Source: Tubiluchus corallicola (taxonomy: Eukaryota > Animalia > Priapulida). From it: a stretch of 64,000 nt of DNA. The notes beneath the pieces were generated by a model. That model ran no database searches. It had not been told where the DNA came from and was given only the letters and a program-made list of their open reading frames with translations. Positions within the stretch are counted from its first letter, which is position 1. Every line of letters starts with the position of its first letter. The position numbers were made by a program, and so were the translations under genes. Where the stretch lies: contig JAQGDQ010000071.1 in the NCBI GenBank assembly GCA_030141605.1, forward strand, positions 157,081 through 221,080. The letters are read 5' to 3'. Shown here piece after piece: positions 21,608-36,284 of the stretch.

Positions 21608-24600
21608 CTTTTGACGAAGAACTAAAATTGATTTTTGATTCCACATTAATAAGACTTGCAGCAAAAATAAGACAAGGTAAAGCTACTTTAGTATTGTTTG
21701 CACAAGAAATATTAAATATGAGAAGTTTCTTAATGTTAAGCAACATCTTATGCTATAAGATTCAGTTCAGAACGTCCCTGGGAAATATCACTCTGACTAT
21801 GAAAACAGAAACAGACATTTTTTGCTACAGATTTCAAAAGAGCTTCAATTTCAAACAGTATGTCGTGATTTCAAATAAAACTTCACTCTTTCAGGACTCC
21901 ATCAACCAAAATAGGTCTTATACTATGAATTTTCTGCGACATTTCTGATCAGAGACAGAACCAAATGACTACAAATTAGGAACTATTCTATTCAAGAGGA
22001 TATCAGCCATCCAATCATGCTATTTGTTTAAACATTTAACAGTGATTTAATTGGATAAAATTAAGAAAATACACCCTGTCAGGCACTCCAACTTAGCGTA
22101 TTGAGTAGCTTAGCTTGGTGTACACTTTGCGTGATTGCACATATTAATTCATTGATCTACTGCTTGCTGCAGTAGAAACTGTGCAGTGTTCTGTTACTAT
22201 TCCAGGAAAAACCAACGGATCAACCAAGGACAAATTAATCTCGTTTCATCTTTTAATCTCCATAAAAAATATAAAATAGACTTGAGGCCAAAGTGCATCA
22301 GAGTGTTGTGTTTGAATATTTTATTTTTCTGCATAAACCGATTTCACACAAGCGTGCTGTACTTTGTTACAGAGCAAAGGCTAGAGCTACTGACATTTTT
22401 TTTAAATTTATTTTTCAAAAATCGATTTTTAATTGGTCTAAGGTAAGCAAATGCATTTCATACGTAATTTTGCATGAAAAACCATTGTGTGAGGAAAGGA
22501 AACCTGCAAAAAGAAATCAAAATAATGTAACAAGCAAATGTTTGCAGTCCTGAAGGAGTTAAAGCCTGCCACTTTCTTATACTTTGGCCTAGGACTGCCC
22601 AGAAATCAGTCTTTCTGCTTCGTAAGTTGTTTTGTGCTTAAAAGACTTTAACGGTTGTTTGCTCCCTCTCTGACGTGCATTTGCATGAATTAGCCTGGCT
22701 GTTTTGTCTGTGGTAATGGAATAAGCACCCAGCAGAGTGATCAGTATGCCATGTCCAGAAGATAACTATTTGGATTCCTCCGTTCTTAAAGCGAATTTTC
22801 TAATGTTATAAGCTTACTAACTGACCTGTCATAAACTTATGTTAACGAAGTTTTCGCATTGTTATGATTAGTTAAATTATTACAGTAATCCTGGTCTATA
22901 ATAGTTATATAATAGTTCCTATATAATAAACTGCATGCACTATTTTAATTACAATTTTCAGATCTTATTTTTTATTTTGCCACCAAGATTAGTTTAGTTT
23001 AGATTACTTCACTGCAAGTATAAAAATAAATTATATCAGATAGGGCTAACAGCCAGAATGCATATTTGCTGCTTTTGCATCAAATACATGACCATTAAAA
23101 ATATCACACTTCAAAAGTACAAATAAAATCATACAGACATGTAAGATACAATGACGTTGCAAAAAATATTGGAGTGAATCAGAAATGTCTCAATCATGAT
23201 TACATATAAAACTGTTAAATTTACGGTCTGTCATAAAATTTGTCTTCGACAAGTACATTACAAGAGATTTTTTTAATAACAACAAATCCTTTGCATGTGG
23301 GAACCACCGTTACACAAATTATTCCACGATGGCTGTTTGACAGCTACTTGCCTTGAGTAGTGGCGCTGCAGTCTCACCATAGTGATCAGGCAGACAAATT
23401 TAAAATTATTTGGTTCACATTTTCATTCCTCAAACGATTAACAGAGTGTAGTCTATGACATTTTAGACACAGCAATGAGCACCAATATTCTTGAGTGCGC
23501 TTGGCGTATTGGGTTGACAGCTGATATTAGGAAAGAATTAATATTTACACGTTTTCTTCAAGCATTGAAGTAAACCGCCAATATTACTGTAAACAAACTT
23601 TCTTTAGATTTTTAGCAGAATTTTTTTAGGGCATTTTTCTCGAAATATTGGCTTTCGCATTTCGCAAATTTCGCCTTTTTCATTTAAACCTCTATTGCAG
23701 ACTGGTAATGAACGTGACGTTCAAAAGATTGGCTTAAAAATTTATTAAAATCACGGTCCTAAAATGTTCACATGACTAACGCAAAATGCTGACTAATATA
23801 TATCACAATACACATTGGTGTGCTTGCAAACCAAAACCGTCCATAAGTCGGCATAGTTAAAACTAAGTTATGATGCTTCAAAGTAGAAAGCACCAAAAAT
23901 TTTGTCAAATGTGGATTTTTTATTTTTTTTATGAAAAAAATGCTTATTGGACTTTTATATTCTAGCATCAGGAAAATGTCCAAAAATACTAAAAATCAAA
24001 ATTTATAACTAATTACTGTAATGATGGCCTTTCCACGTGTTTGATAGTAATTAGTAACTTATGCAATATGAGTAAGAAGCGCTTTTGAAATGCGGAGTTT
24101 TCCTTGTGGTTTATGTGTACCTGTTTCTGAATACAAAGCTTACTGAAAGCTTAGTTACAATAGCTATGGATAATATATTAAGACCAAGATATTATAATCC
24201 AAGGCTTTTGTTCTACTGACAGACAATCTGAGTAAGCAAGAAAAAAGTAAAAAATACATTACAATAACTAAGATGGCCATTTCAAGAATTACAGCACGAG
24301 TTTTTGGTACCAAACAGTAACCTAATAGTAACTGCAGTTTTATAAACATAAAAGTTTGTACACAAGATATCACCAATTTGAGTAATCACAATTGAGCTCA
24401 AAAGTAAACTGTTACTTCCCTCTGGAGTGAGCACTCAGTATGTCAGTCTATTGGCAATCGCTGGGGTACACCCTTCGTCTCTCCATGGAAGGATACCACC
24501 TCCAAAACATCGCATACCACTCTCGACAGTACTAGGTGCCAGTCCGTCCACACCATGACAACAAGTGCTGGATTGCTTATACTGTGTAAAAGGCTCAAAG

Positions 24601-26865
24601 ATGGTTTTTTCTCCACTCAATTGCATCACAACACATTGCCCATTAGGACAGTATTTCACCATTCACAACTGTCCAGGATTTTTCACCAATAAAACATCAG
24701 TTCAGCCAATTTCAACAGATAAATCTTAGGTTTGTCCTCAAAACTATAAAACCCATCATTTTAGCTGCCATCACTTTCCAGCTTATTCCACACACTTCTG
24801 AATATCCAAAGCACATTTTCCTGTTACTGGAACAGTTCATTACATTTTACTTTAGACAGGTAACTATAGTACGATATAGGCTGGGTGGGAAAGTAAAACA
24901 CCCCGGCAATAAAAAATAAAGTAAACTATGTAGGTAGTTTCCTTATACAAAAACAAACTAAGTTAGGCCTCTTCAATCGAACAAAACATTTATCATTGAA
25001 CCAAGTTGCATAGTATAATGTACAAAGGTGGTTGCTTGTAATGTGCAAGAACACATTTTAGCTAAGGGGTGGACCTAGTATGGTCCATCACAATTGCCCA
25101 CTTTTCTGTCTAGAAACTTGTACTGCAGTTGTAAAATTTGCTAACTCCAATTGTAGCTCGTGGAAGCAGCTGTTTTGCTTAGGGTTCTTTCTGTTGCCAA
25201 ACCAGGATCTTCGTCAGGAAGAGCCATCTACAGGATTTAAACGTAACTTCAATTTAATCTTGTAAAATCGATAGCAATCGCACTTTAGTACGGTTGCTCC
25301 GAGCTTTGTAGAGACGCGACAAAAACAATGGCTGAATCTAACAGTGTTATCCCAAGTTTACGTTTTTCAGTGCATAGCTTGTACCTCAAATTCAACGTGG
25401 ATTATCTCAGCTTAGAACATGCAGCATAACATAGAGCAATGAGCTTGGTATCAAAATGATCCTTATGAAATGGAGATTCAGGATTTGTGAATATCTAGAA
25501 AAGCTTAATTGCTGAATTAAGGACGATTTTGGTATGCAAGCACACAAATTTTAATGTATATTAATATAATATACTATAACCGTATATTAATATACGGTTG
25601 ACAAATTCTACATAACTTGTATTATAACATTGGCAAATTTAAAACAGTATAATACAGATACAGATAAGGAAGCTTTCAATTTTCATCTCTGATGTGGAAG
25701 AGGCTTTCGCCTAAGACTAAAATGTGTAGAAGAAACTAAAGGTAAGCTGCCTCGAAGATATATCTATTGATTTATTTTTTAATTAAAAACTTACGAATAC
25801 AAAGTAAATGGGCACTGCACATAAGAAATGTAAACTTAGTACTGCATAATTGTTGCGTCTGTGCCGCTAATGCGCATAGTTGTGGTCGTGGAGAAGGGTT
25901 TATTTTTCTTTCCCGCGCTTTCTTAGACAGAAGCACTCGCCATGCTGGCGCGATGGCTTTGTTGCATGCTAGTTCACGCTTGTTAGTTATTAATGAGTCA
26001 TGGAAAGCTCAACATTGTAAGTTCGCATTATTACAGAGAGTAAAAGCACATAATAATGGAATGCTTACATCACTGACAATCAGCAGGCAGTTATTACATT
26101 TATAAAAGAAATCTTATGGACTATAGAAGCCAAGTGTACATATATATGTTTATATATGTATATGTTTATATATGTATATAAATGTATATGTATTTATTTA
26201 TTTCTTGTACCTAATAAATAATAAAAAAGTGTTTTTACTTCTTTTGGATGTCTCAACTATACGAAATTTAAATTATTTGACCACTTGTTGAGACAGTAAT
26301 TATAACATAAATTGTTGCTATTGCTTTACTATTATTTTTTACTTGTTTTAACAAATTAACAAAGCTTTTTTCATTTATTATTTACAGCTTGAACTAATTT
26401 ATATCATAATTCTCATCAAGTGTTGTTTTGCGTATTTGTTGTACCTTATAAGAGCGCAAATATGTGGCATAAATAAATAAATAATTACTTAAAAACCTCT
26501 GTTTCATTCGTTTATACTGTGCTTTCAAGTTGTAATTATTTCTGTCAAAACGTAATGCCATTTTATACTGTTTTTATACCAAATTATTTATTATTTACAG
26601 AAATAAACAACATTGTGTAATTCAGTAAAAATTCCTGGAAAGTAATAAACTATGATGATAAGAATGATATTTCTTTGGCGAACTTGAACCTCAATAATTG
26701 ACATCTAACATAATGTCAATCATTTTTGTTGACTGACCAATCAGCGTGCAAATTATTTCGCACCCTGCAGAGCTTAATTAGCGCAGGTACGTTCGGGACC
26801 TTTAGCTACAGCTGCGTCTAATGCTGTTGTGAAAAAAGCTCAACTTTTCGTGAGATTGCGGGTGA

Positions 26866-27338
26866 AATATTGGCTTGGTTCTAGATTTTGTTATTGTCAA
26901 TTGAAATTGCAAATGAATTAGTGGAAATATATAGTCTAGTTTCGTTTATTGGAAGAAATGCGCAACGCTTACGTCTATGAATTGCTGATTAAACCATTTT
27001 GCAATCAAGAAAATATGCAGTTTAGTTTAGTTCATGGCTTTGCAAGTTAGATAAAAACAACTATTTGAATAACTTTAAATAAAGACAAAACAAAATGTTT
27101 TCTTTTATGGCCAGTTTTTTATAAACCTCAATGAGACCTTCACAATCAAAATTAATTCAAATGTCGTCAAAGCTTACATTATACATTAATGTAATATTAC
27201 CTAATTTTACACTACTTTTCTGGTTATAATCATGGTTTAAAATGCCATTGGGACTTATGTGACACGGCCATTCAATATAAGGGTCGTCTGCGTAATGGAA
27301 CAGTCAAATGTATTCCATTTCCGTAGCCTGACAAACGG
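26866..27338 (+). repeat. Dispersed ~470 bp repeat, copy 1 (copy 2 at 43233-43706)
   Basis: Colinear along its whole length with 43233-43706, roughly 80-85% identical by eye. Confidence 0.9.
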
Positions 27339-30300
27339 AAAAATACAACAACTGAATAAATATTGCAGATGAGCACATGATCAATTAATATAGAAAAAAT
27401 ACATCGCAGGCTTGATGTTCGTTTGTTTAAAGGCAAGAAAGACTTAATATTTTTTTTGCTCATTTATTGTGAAGCAAGGCTAACTGGCTTAGTTTCTTTA
27501 TTGTACATTGTTTAAATTGAAAAGTCATTTTCTGCTACCTGAAGTGTTAATTTCGTGTAAAAATAGCTGCTACTCTGCAAATTTGAGTTTATGAAAAAGT
27601 GCAATCAGTTTATACTTAGACATTAGTTGTGTTGATGTTGTTAGTTTAGTTTAGTTTAGCTTAGACAGTTGTTATCCTGCGTGATCTGTTGTCCCGAATG
27701 CTGCTGAGCGTTGTGACGTTACCGCAAAGGCGGAACGATAGACCAAGATGTTTGACGTCAATTATGACATCTCTGACCATCGTTTTGTGCGAGTAGTCAC
27801 TACATTGATAAAACCTGAAGCTGAAGTAAAAAGATTATATTTATTAAAGATAGAGTCATAATTTCAAAAAAGACATTCGAAATAGCCGACAATTTCTCCT
27901 AAATAATTCTGACTAACAATTTATGAGCTAATGAGCCAGCCATGTTATATGACGATGGTATTTTGGCCTCGCACGCAACCCGAGATCCCGGAAGGTGATA
28001 ACGGTTACAGCCACATGACTGTGGTAAAACGATAACCTAAAATTGCTGAAAAAAACAAAGAAGAAAAGCTGAGGATAGGTGGCTGAAAGGTAAGTAAGGC
28101 TGAGGAGGCATTCCTGTGCGAGGGGGTGCGACGAAACTAAGCAGCGTTGTTACTCAAAGTAAGTACAAAACTATGGCGGTGATCAAAAGAAGCTACATCC
28201 TCTAATCTCAAAAGTAGCGCACGGTGGTAATAAGATTTGTTTCCTGACAATGAGAATGAACAAAATGGAGGGATAGAATTTAGGTGATACTTTGTTGATA
28301 AGATGGTAAAATGGAGTTATTAAGAAACCTGAATCTCAGAAACTAAGCAGCGTAGAACGAAAAGAACACCAGATTCTAAATGCTTGCGTTTTGGCTACAA
28401 TTTGTACAATTTTATGATGTTAATCCCTAGTCACCAAAACTGCGGATTAAAATTTTAGTTTACAGATAGATCTTGGAGTCTTGATGGCTTCCAGTGCTGG
28501 TATGCTTAGGTAATGTCGTTATCTAGTGTTAGTCACTTGATTCCAAATGGCTTCATTCAGGAGATATGGCTTCATTTCAAATCCAATGATTTAAGGCACG
28601 ACTTACGTCTTCCGTTCATTTAAAAGAAACCATGTCGCTATCCAATGGACAATGGCCTAATGACTTCTAGGTAGTAGTAGGCCAAGGTCAGTTTAGTCTT
28701 TAATCACAATACACTGGCGAAATGGAAACCTAAAAGATAAAATTAATTTTAACGGATAACGTTTTCACGCGAAATGGTATCGGAACCGGAAATGAAACAA
28801 ACAAACAGCATTTGTTTATGATTTTGTAAAACTTTAATGTGTTATAATATCGATTATAGGAGCTTGGTCTGGAAAAATACTCGTATATTATGTTTGAGTT
28901 TATATGAGTTTAGTAATGAATAAAAGTGCTGGCACGATTCAGTGGCATTACCGCAAGTTTTCACAAGAAAGTTTGCACCAGAAAGATCATCTTAAACTGT
29001 TAATGCAGTTTTATCTCTTGACGATTTCACGGTTATTATATTGCGCATTTATGTTTCTCGTTAGCGCATTCCTCTGTTAGGCAAATAAATTCTGTGTGAT
29101 TTGAATTACAAAATAATAAAGATGCGTGATGAACTTTCCGGGCGAACATGTTGGCTAACTTCTTCGGAGATGTAATTCTATCATCATGTCGTGGAGATGA
29201 TAAAATATCAAACTCTCTGTTAACCTGTGTCGGAAACAAAGTTCAATTTGTGATTCTTGTTGCAGTGAAAACAGTGAATGCGGAAGAATTTGAACCTTCA
29301 ATTTTGCTACAAGATCCAAACCTAAAACTCGTTTCCCTACAAAGTTTATATGTAAGTGAAAATAAATTTGTTAACTATATTGTTGTATTGAGAAACTGAG
29401 AAAAACCAAGAATAACGGATTAATATATGGGTGACCGGTAATAAAGTCACAAAAGTCACAATTTTGGAAAAACTCACGAGTTAAAAGTTACTATTAATTT
29501 ATGTTGGCCGGAAAAAGTCACAATTTTGGCTGAGAATGAATCACATTAGTACAGAAACGATAGAATATCAAAAAGACTAAATTTTACATAATGAATAATA
29601 TCTTAATAACGTGAAACATACCATGTCTTATACGTGGCTGCAGATTAATCTCAAAGAGCTTCGATGGTAACACAGTGCTGGGTTTTGGACAGCGTACTAA
29701 ATGTATACAAAACAGATAACCATAAGTTACATAGATATAATGGGAAGCCTAACTAGAATGAATAGTCTATTCAAAAGCAATTAAGTAAAACAGTAAATAA
29801 TATAACCTAAAAGTCATACATTCACAGAAAACGGCTACTGTTCACTCAATGGTGTAACGGGACCTGTTTGCTAAGGCAAGCCTTGGCAAACTTTATCAAA
29901 TAACAATTTTCTTTATATAATAGTTTTAGTGCCAATACGACTGTCCTGACTTAGGCTATCTCAAAGCAATCACTAACACATGATGAATCCACAATTATAA
30001 ACAGGTGTTAATTGTTTCTCTCTCTGCCAATAAATACTTAAAATAAAAAAACGAACAGTTGATTATTTTTGCGAATATGTGATTTTCTTTATGCATATAA
30101 AACAATCAATCAATTAATCAGTTAGCCTAACAAACAAGCAGTATTGGATGGCATTGCTAGTTTATTTAATACTTTTTTGATTAAGATCTATTTGTTTTAA
30201 CAACACAATGCATTTTGAAACTCGTCGCCCTGTTGCATTTCCTAATATTACAACATTGCATGAAATACGTTAATTTTTACAGTAATATAATTTGAAATTT

Positions 30301-32299
30301 TAGAGAATTATTTCGGAAACCATTCAAGATAAAACTTCGGATTAAGAGCACTTTTCTAAATACACTCGAAAATTCAAATTTCCATCCACCAAATTCGATA
30401 AAAGTTTTAAAAATAGCAAATCCACAATTTTTAATTTCATTGATGAAACACACTTCTGGCATCATATGACATTTCTGCTCCTCTTAGATCTTTTTTTCAA
30501 ATATCATAATAGCGCCCTTTCATTTAATTATTAACATCTTGGTTTTACGACGAAATTTTGGTAAACAAATTAGCAAATATCACATTTTTGCTACACTTGG
30601 ACCGAATCATCTTTTCTAGGTATTCTAGAACAGTCACAAACATTCGTTGCGCGTCTTTGCCTTATTGTTAATCAGCGAAATTTGTTTGCTGGTTCCATCC
30701 CACATACTATTGTCTAACCATGAAACAATTCTCTCATTTAAGTTCTAGTGATGATCCCTATTATTGCATTTAATGCGTAGAAGCTATTTTCTCTTTTCAG
30801 AGCTGTGAAGATGTTGATGTTCAGGAATTATTTTCTATGACCAGTGTTACTACTACTCCTTTAGCTAATCTGTTATCTTTCTGAGTGCTCTTCACTACAT
30901 TCACAATCTAGATGTCTATGCAAACACTTATGATAGTAAGTATGATAATTTAAACTCCGTTACATCGAATCCTGATTCTAACGAATTTAACGTTTTCAAT
31001 TTGCACATTTTAAAGTTTATAAAATATTTGCTAATGTGGCTGACAGCCCAGTAGTTTTTCTCAACCGTCTGAGATCATTAAAACTTTATGATAGAAACAG
31101 TATAATTAGATTCATTAAAATAATTAAGCAACGCTGCTTTTGTTAACGTCTTGTTTACGAATATTCATATTCTTTATAGTTTATCTTTTTTTTATTTATT
31201 CCAGAATTTTTAATTTTAATAACTTAAAATTATAACTTTAAAACTGATAGACTTTGAATTTGATTTTCAAACATTTGTTGTAATTTTTAATCTATGTGCA
31301 TGAGGTGTCGTTTTAAGCTTTTTAAGCATTTTGTCTTTTGTTTTTTTGAACAAAATTTAATAAGCGAATTCCTGACACGTTGCGCCCCTGTTTCAGGAAT
31401 TCGCTTATGTATAAGCGAAGCCAGTGTTTTACTAGCCCCTTTTTTAGTTCTGTTCAGTTCAGTACTTCGTTGCTTCCACTAATATGGTTGTAACAGTTTT
31501 TATCAACTAAATAAAACTTACGTTTCTTTAACTTTAATTTATCGCTTTCGAGTTTACTCTGCACCAAATACTATTAAAGTAAAATCTTTTGAAGTTCCTT
31601 TTTCCATTCCTCAATAGTTTTTTTGCGCATAAAAGGTGTTGCAATCAGATTTGATTTAAACAAAGTATTTAATGAAGTTTGCTCTTGACCCATAGATTGG
31701 CTTGTTTCCTGCATAAATTAGCCAGTTTGTTGACTAACTGTACACTGTCACTTATCAGACGTTATTTTCGAACTCAGCAGTATGACGTTTGCTAATGTCG
31801 AGCTGTTCATTTAAGTGTGGCATTATGCGTATATGAGCAGTTAATCCTGTAATAATTTCAGCTGTTTGCATGCGTATCAGACTCACTACTGTACTCCTGC
31901 AAATCTGCCTGTTCGCGGGTTCTTTTGATAGACTGACTGGTTGCAGCTACGTTTGAGCTGGCAAGGTAATATTCTAATGTAGATAGCTTTTCAGATTTGC
32001 TAATTTCAATGTCACTATCTAATCTCTCTTTTCCACTATTAACATTATCAGTAATGAAGAAATTTTCTGTTGGTTGAAAGACACTATCTGCGTGTTTGCT
32101 TATTTCATTATTTTATTGAGCTGTGGCATGTGTTGGAAAATTTGTTCGCTCACTAGAAGAGGTACTATTATGCTTCAATAAATCATAGTCTCGAAATATA
32201 GCTTTCTTTCGAAATGGGAGTTTTCTGCTTGAAATCTCTCCAGGTTTTTCTCTACATGTATCAATTGAATCAGTATTTCCCAATCTTCATTTAAATTTG

Positions 32300-34690
32300 C
32301 TAATCATCTAGATGTTGAAATAAAATTCGTCCAATAAACGCATTTATGATTCTAATATGCACTGGGTCAATTACAGGAGTCACAAAATAATTTTCCGCCC
32401 ATGGCCTAATTGGCTTCTTATCAGATAATTCGGCTCTTTTCTTTCTTAAAAATACTTGTTGTCCCGGTGTAAATTACACTGAAATTTACCTTATCTCTAC
32501 GCTTCATACGCTACTTCCGAGCCATGTGCCTAGCCCTAACAAATGTTTAATGTAATTTATCAGATTTTGCGTTAGCTGATCATTAGGATTATAATGTGTC
32601 GGTCTTAATATATTATCCATAGCTATTGTTGGTGTTTGAAAATAAATTAGAAAGAATGGAGAATTGCCATTGGCAGAATATGGCATTGTACGCATGGAGA
32701 CTATGGCGAATGGGAGAAAGTCTAGCCATTTTGAAAGTTCATCAGCACATAAACAACTTAACTGATCTAATTATGGTCTATGGACTCGTTCACAACGAGA
32801 AAGTGCATTATTAAGGTAGGGAGGCGAGAGAATTTGATAAATATTAAGGTGTTTCAATGACTATTTCATGATTTCACTGCAGTTCTCAACCACGCTGTCC
32901 ATCAGATGTGTCTAGCTACACGCATAACGAATTACATAATTATTTAAGGCGTTAGATGTTATTTGATATTATGTTATGTTGATCTGAATCATACTTGCTC
33001 ACAGTTAACAGATAAAGTTTCCTCAGTCTTGCATAGCAAATTGTCTTCTGCTATAAAGAATCTCCCTATATCTTGATATTGTTGTTTAGTGTTGAAAGGC
33101 CAGGCAAGATTTTCGATAATTTGAGCTAAATGTTCATCCTCAGCTTGCCATTTTAATACGAGGTTGAGATTTATTGGGAGATGTTATTTCTGTGCATTGG
33201 TCTGCGTTTGTCCATTTAACTGTTCGTCCCCTAATTATGGAGTGTCAGTATTTTCAGTATTATTTGACGGTGCCTGATCCAGTGCATCTAAGACATCTGG
33301 TGTGTCTGTTGCATCTTGCACATTCAATATTGGATCGACTTCTTTCCAAATATCTTCTTGCTGTAAGTCCAAAGGCATTATAGTTTATCTTTCTATCATT
33401 AATTCATGTTCATTTTGATCAAAACACAGGGTTTCTTGCTCTGTGCTTTCGTCACTTATGTAGTCTTGCATTTCTGAATCGCGTTGTTTGCTTTGTATTA
33501 GTAGACTCGGTTCGCCTTTTTAACTCTTCCGGGTGTTTCTGTACCTTTCCAGTGGTATTCAGTAAATCAAATTATCTCTGATACTCTTGAAAAGTGGCTC
33601 CAGTCGATGGAGTTTCCGGTACTGGGTTCATAGCTGCTACTACGTTTTATTATCCAGGTATGTAGTACAAAGTAAAGTCATATTCAGACAATGCCATCAT
33701 CCAACGTTGCAAAAGACTAGATCCCGGGTAATTTCCCACGAAAAGTTAGCTTAAAGGTTATTTATTGCAGTAAACAAGATTTTGTGAACCGTAAGGATAG
33801 CTTTTGAACTTCCTTATGCAAAAGCCTCTTTTTGACTAATTGGCCATTTTCGTTGAATGTCTGATAACGAGTGTGGGAAGTGCGCAATTGGTCTTGCAGT
33901 TGCTTGTTCAAAACTCCTGAGATAGAAAAATTACTTGAGCCTGTATGCAGAATATAAGGCTTACTAGGATCCGAAAATCAAAGGATCGGTGTCTTAATCA
34001 ATGCTTTTTCAAGTCACAAGAAGCTTAATTTCTTTTCGAGTTCCATATAAATATCCGTCCTTTTCTCAACAATTGCAAAAGTAGTTCAGCTTTTTCAGCA
34101 AAATCAGGAATAAACATATAGGAATAAATTTCCTTTAAAAGTTCACCAATAAAAGCTTTTACTATGTTTTGCACCGCTGTTATTTTATCTGTTTCTGTAC
34201 GTATTGCATCTGAGGTTACAACATAGTCTAAATTATCTACTTTCTTTGTTAAAAATATACATTTTCGCCGGTGGCATTTCAAATTAGTTTGCCTAAATCT
34301 ATTGCAAACATCTTGCAAATCTTTGAGACGAGTTCCTATGTCTGGACTACAGACCAGCAATTAATCAACAGAAGAATGCAAACGATGCCTCCTACCTTCT
34401 GTTATCAAATCTTTAGCTAAGCTGTGATCTAATTTAAGAAATGCTGACGGTGAATTTGTAGCTCTAAAAGAACATGCATTGAATTTATATATGCCACCAT
34501 CATGAATAAGAAAAATCGTATAATCTCTGGAATTCTCTTCCATAGGAATCTGGTGAAAAGCACTCACAAGATCTAAGAGTTTCTCTCCTTAAACGATTTA
34601 GAATACTATCGATAGGAAGTGGTTGTGCGTTGGCCTTGACTGTTCTTGAATTTAGAAAATGAAAATCCACACATATTCTTAAATATTCTT
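32300..34690 (-). mobile_element. Decayed Ty3/Gypsy LTR retrotransposon pol (RT-RNaseH-integrase)
   Basis: Minus strand reads PLPIDSIL, LDLVSAFHQIPMEENSRDYT and NSPSAF (RT); DPSKPYILHT..S...ISGV and LQRWMMALSEYDFTLYYIPG (RNase H); SPFFLIY..P.IAMDNIL (integrase). The RT-RH-IN order is Gypsy type. LTRs not identified. Confidence 0.85.
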
Positions 34691-36284
34691 AATCCACAAA
34701 TACTACAATACTGCAACTACTACAAGGTATTCTACAGTACTACAGCTGTAGCACGAGTCAACATCGACGATATCAGAGAAAAACTAGTTCGAATCCTAAT
34801 GAATATTTTTTTTGATTGTTAACATGAAAAATGTTACTTATTGAATTTGATGAATTGATTCTGCGATTTTTTAACAAACCATTTAGTGTGCACACCAATA
34901 AAAGTGGGTGGGTCAATACAATCAATATTGTGCAGTGCAAGAAATGTTTGCGTCACTCACCAATGCGTCGTAGTTACCCGACTGTTCAGTAATCCAGTCT
35001 GTCATGGAATCCAAATATATGTAATCCACATTGTACGTAATCCGAGCACTAGTTATATCTGTGAATGGTAATCCAAATATGTGTAATGCAAGAACTGTAT
35101 GTAATCCGAGCACAATTTGAAACACTTCGTCATTTTCCACAGTATTAGTCCAACTGATGATCCGAACGTTTCATGATGGATTAATCCAAATGCTTTTGTG
35201 GTGATAATCCAAATAGTTTTTTCGGTAATCCAAATTATTCGCGTTGTAATAATGCAATAGTTCAATCTTGGTTCTCTCTATTTTATACGAAAAAATGTGA
35301 AAAAAGCATTGAGAAATTCCAGAAATTGTCCATGAAAAGTGTCCACGTATTGTAAAACGTCTCAAAATTACTAATTACTAGTAAAAATCATTAGATCCGA
35401 TGATAGAATCTCGAGTCCATTTTTGCGTAGTCCGTAGCATGAAAATTTTCAAAAGATCATAACAGCGTTGAAAAAATCACAGAAAACGACAAAAATCGTC
35501 ACTGCATCAATAGTTTGTTAAACTAAAGTCTAGTTGTTTTAAGAAGAGTGAATGTAAGTCCTTATAATTAGACTGTTGAAATAAGACTGTTGTTCAGCTT
35601 AACGTTTGCGTTATCGTATGGCTTTATTAATGTGCATTCACAAATAACATATCTGGTGTAAGAAAAAGTCCCGTTTAGTGCAATATACAGAAGTAAAGCA
35701 CACGTGTCGAGTTCGAAATCTTAACTGTCACTGCCAGCTGAAACAGCGTCTTATATACTGTTCATGCCTACTATTTTTAGCTCTACTGGGATACGTATTT
35801 TTAGGCATGCAATCAGCCCTACTTTTAGACATTGCATAGCAACAGTCCTTTGCTGACTTGGAAGCCAACCAACGGTGTTTTTCTGCCTTACTAGACTGAG
35901 ACGAGTCCTGGCTCTGACTGGTTAATTTACACTGGGAGCTGATTGGTTCAGTGGATGAAGCTGTACATGTTATAGGAAGCTGACCTTGTATCAATGCCAC
36001 TAATTAGTTATACGTGTGCATCTAAGTATTCGCACGTGCCAAAGAGCAATGGCCAAGTTACAAGCAGTAGCAATACTTAATGTGATCTTATCCATCAGCC
36101 AGAGCTATTCAGAGAATCTTAATATGCAAGGAAACACGGACTTATCTTAAACATGTTGATGCACTTATTATATAGTTGACGTGCATGGTAAGCTTTAAGA
36201 GCCATTTAGATGATCAGTTTTTTTCGTCAAACTAGTTTGATCGTGTAAATAGCAAAACTAACGAACTTTTAGTTGCCAAATCGT

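Noticed and set aside
21628-21948. 106 aa ORF immediately after the GT77-like stop, as a fourth cluster gene
   Set aside because: TTG start, no motifs, and it lies in the probable 3'UTR with AATAAA near 21874.
27700-28450. Possible LTR/PBS/gag start on the + strand
   Set aside because: The TGG-initiated sequence at ~27964 does not match a tRNA 3' end I recognise; no second LTR or clear gag motif.
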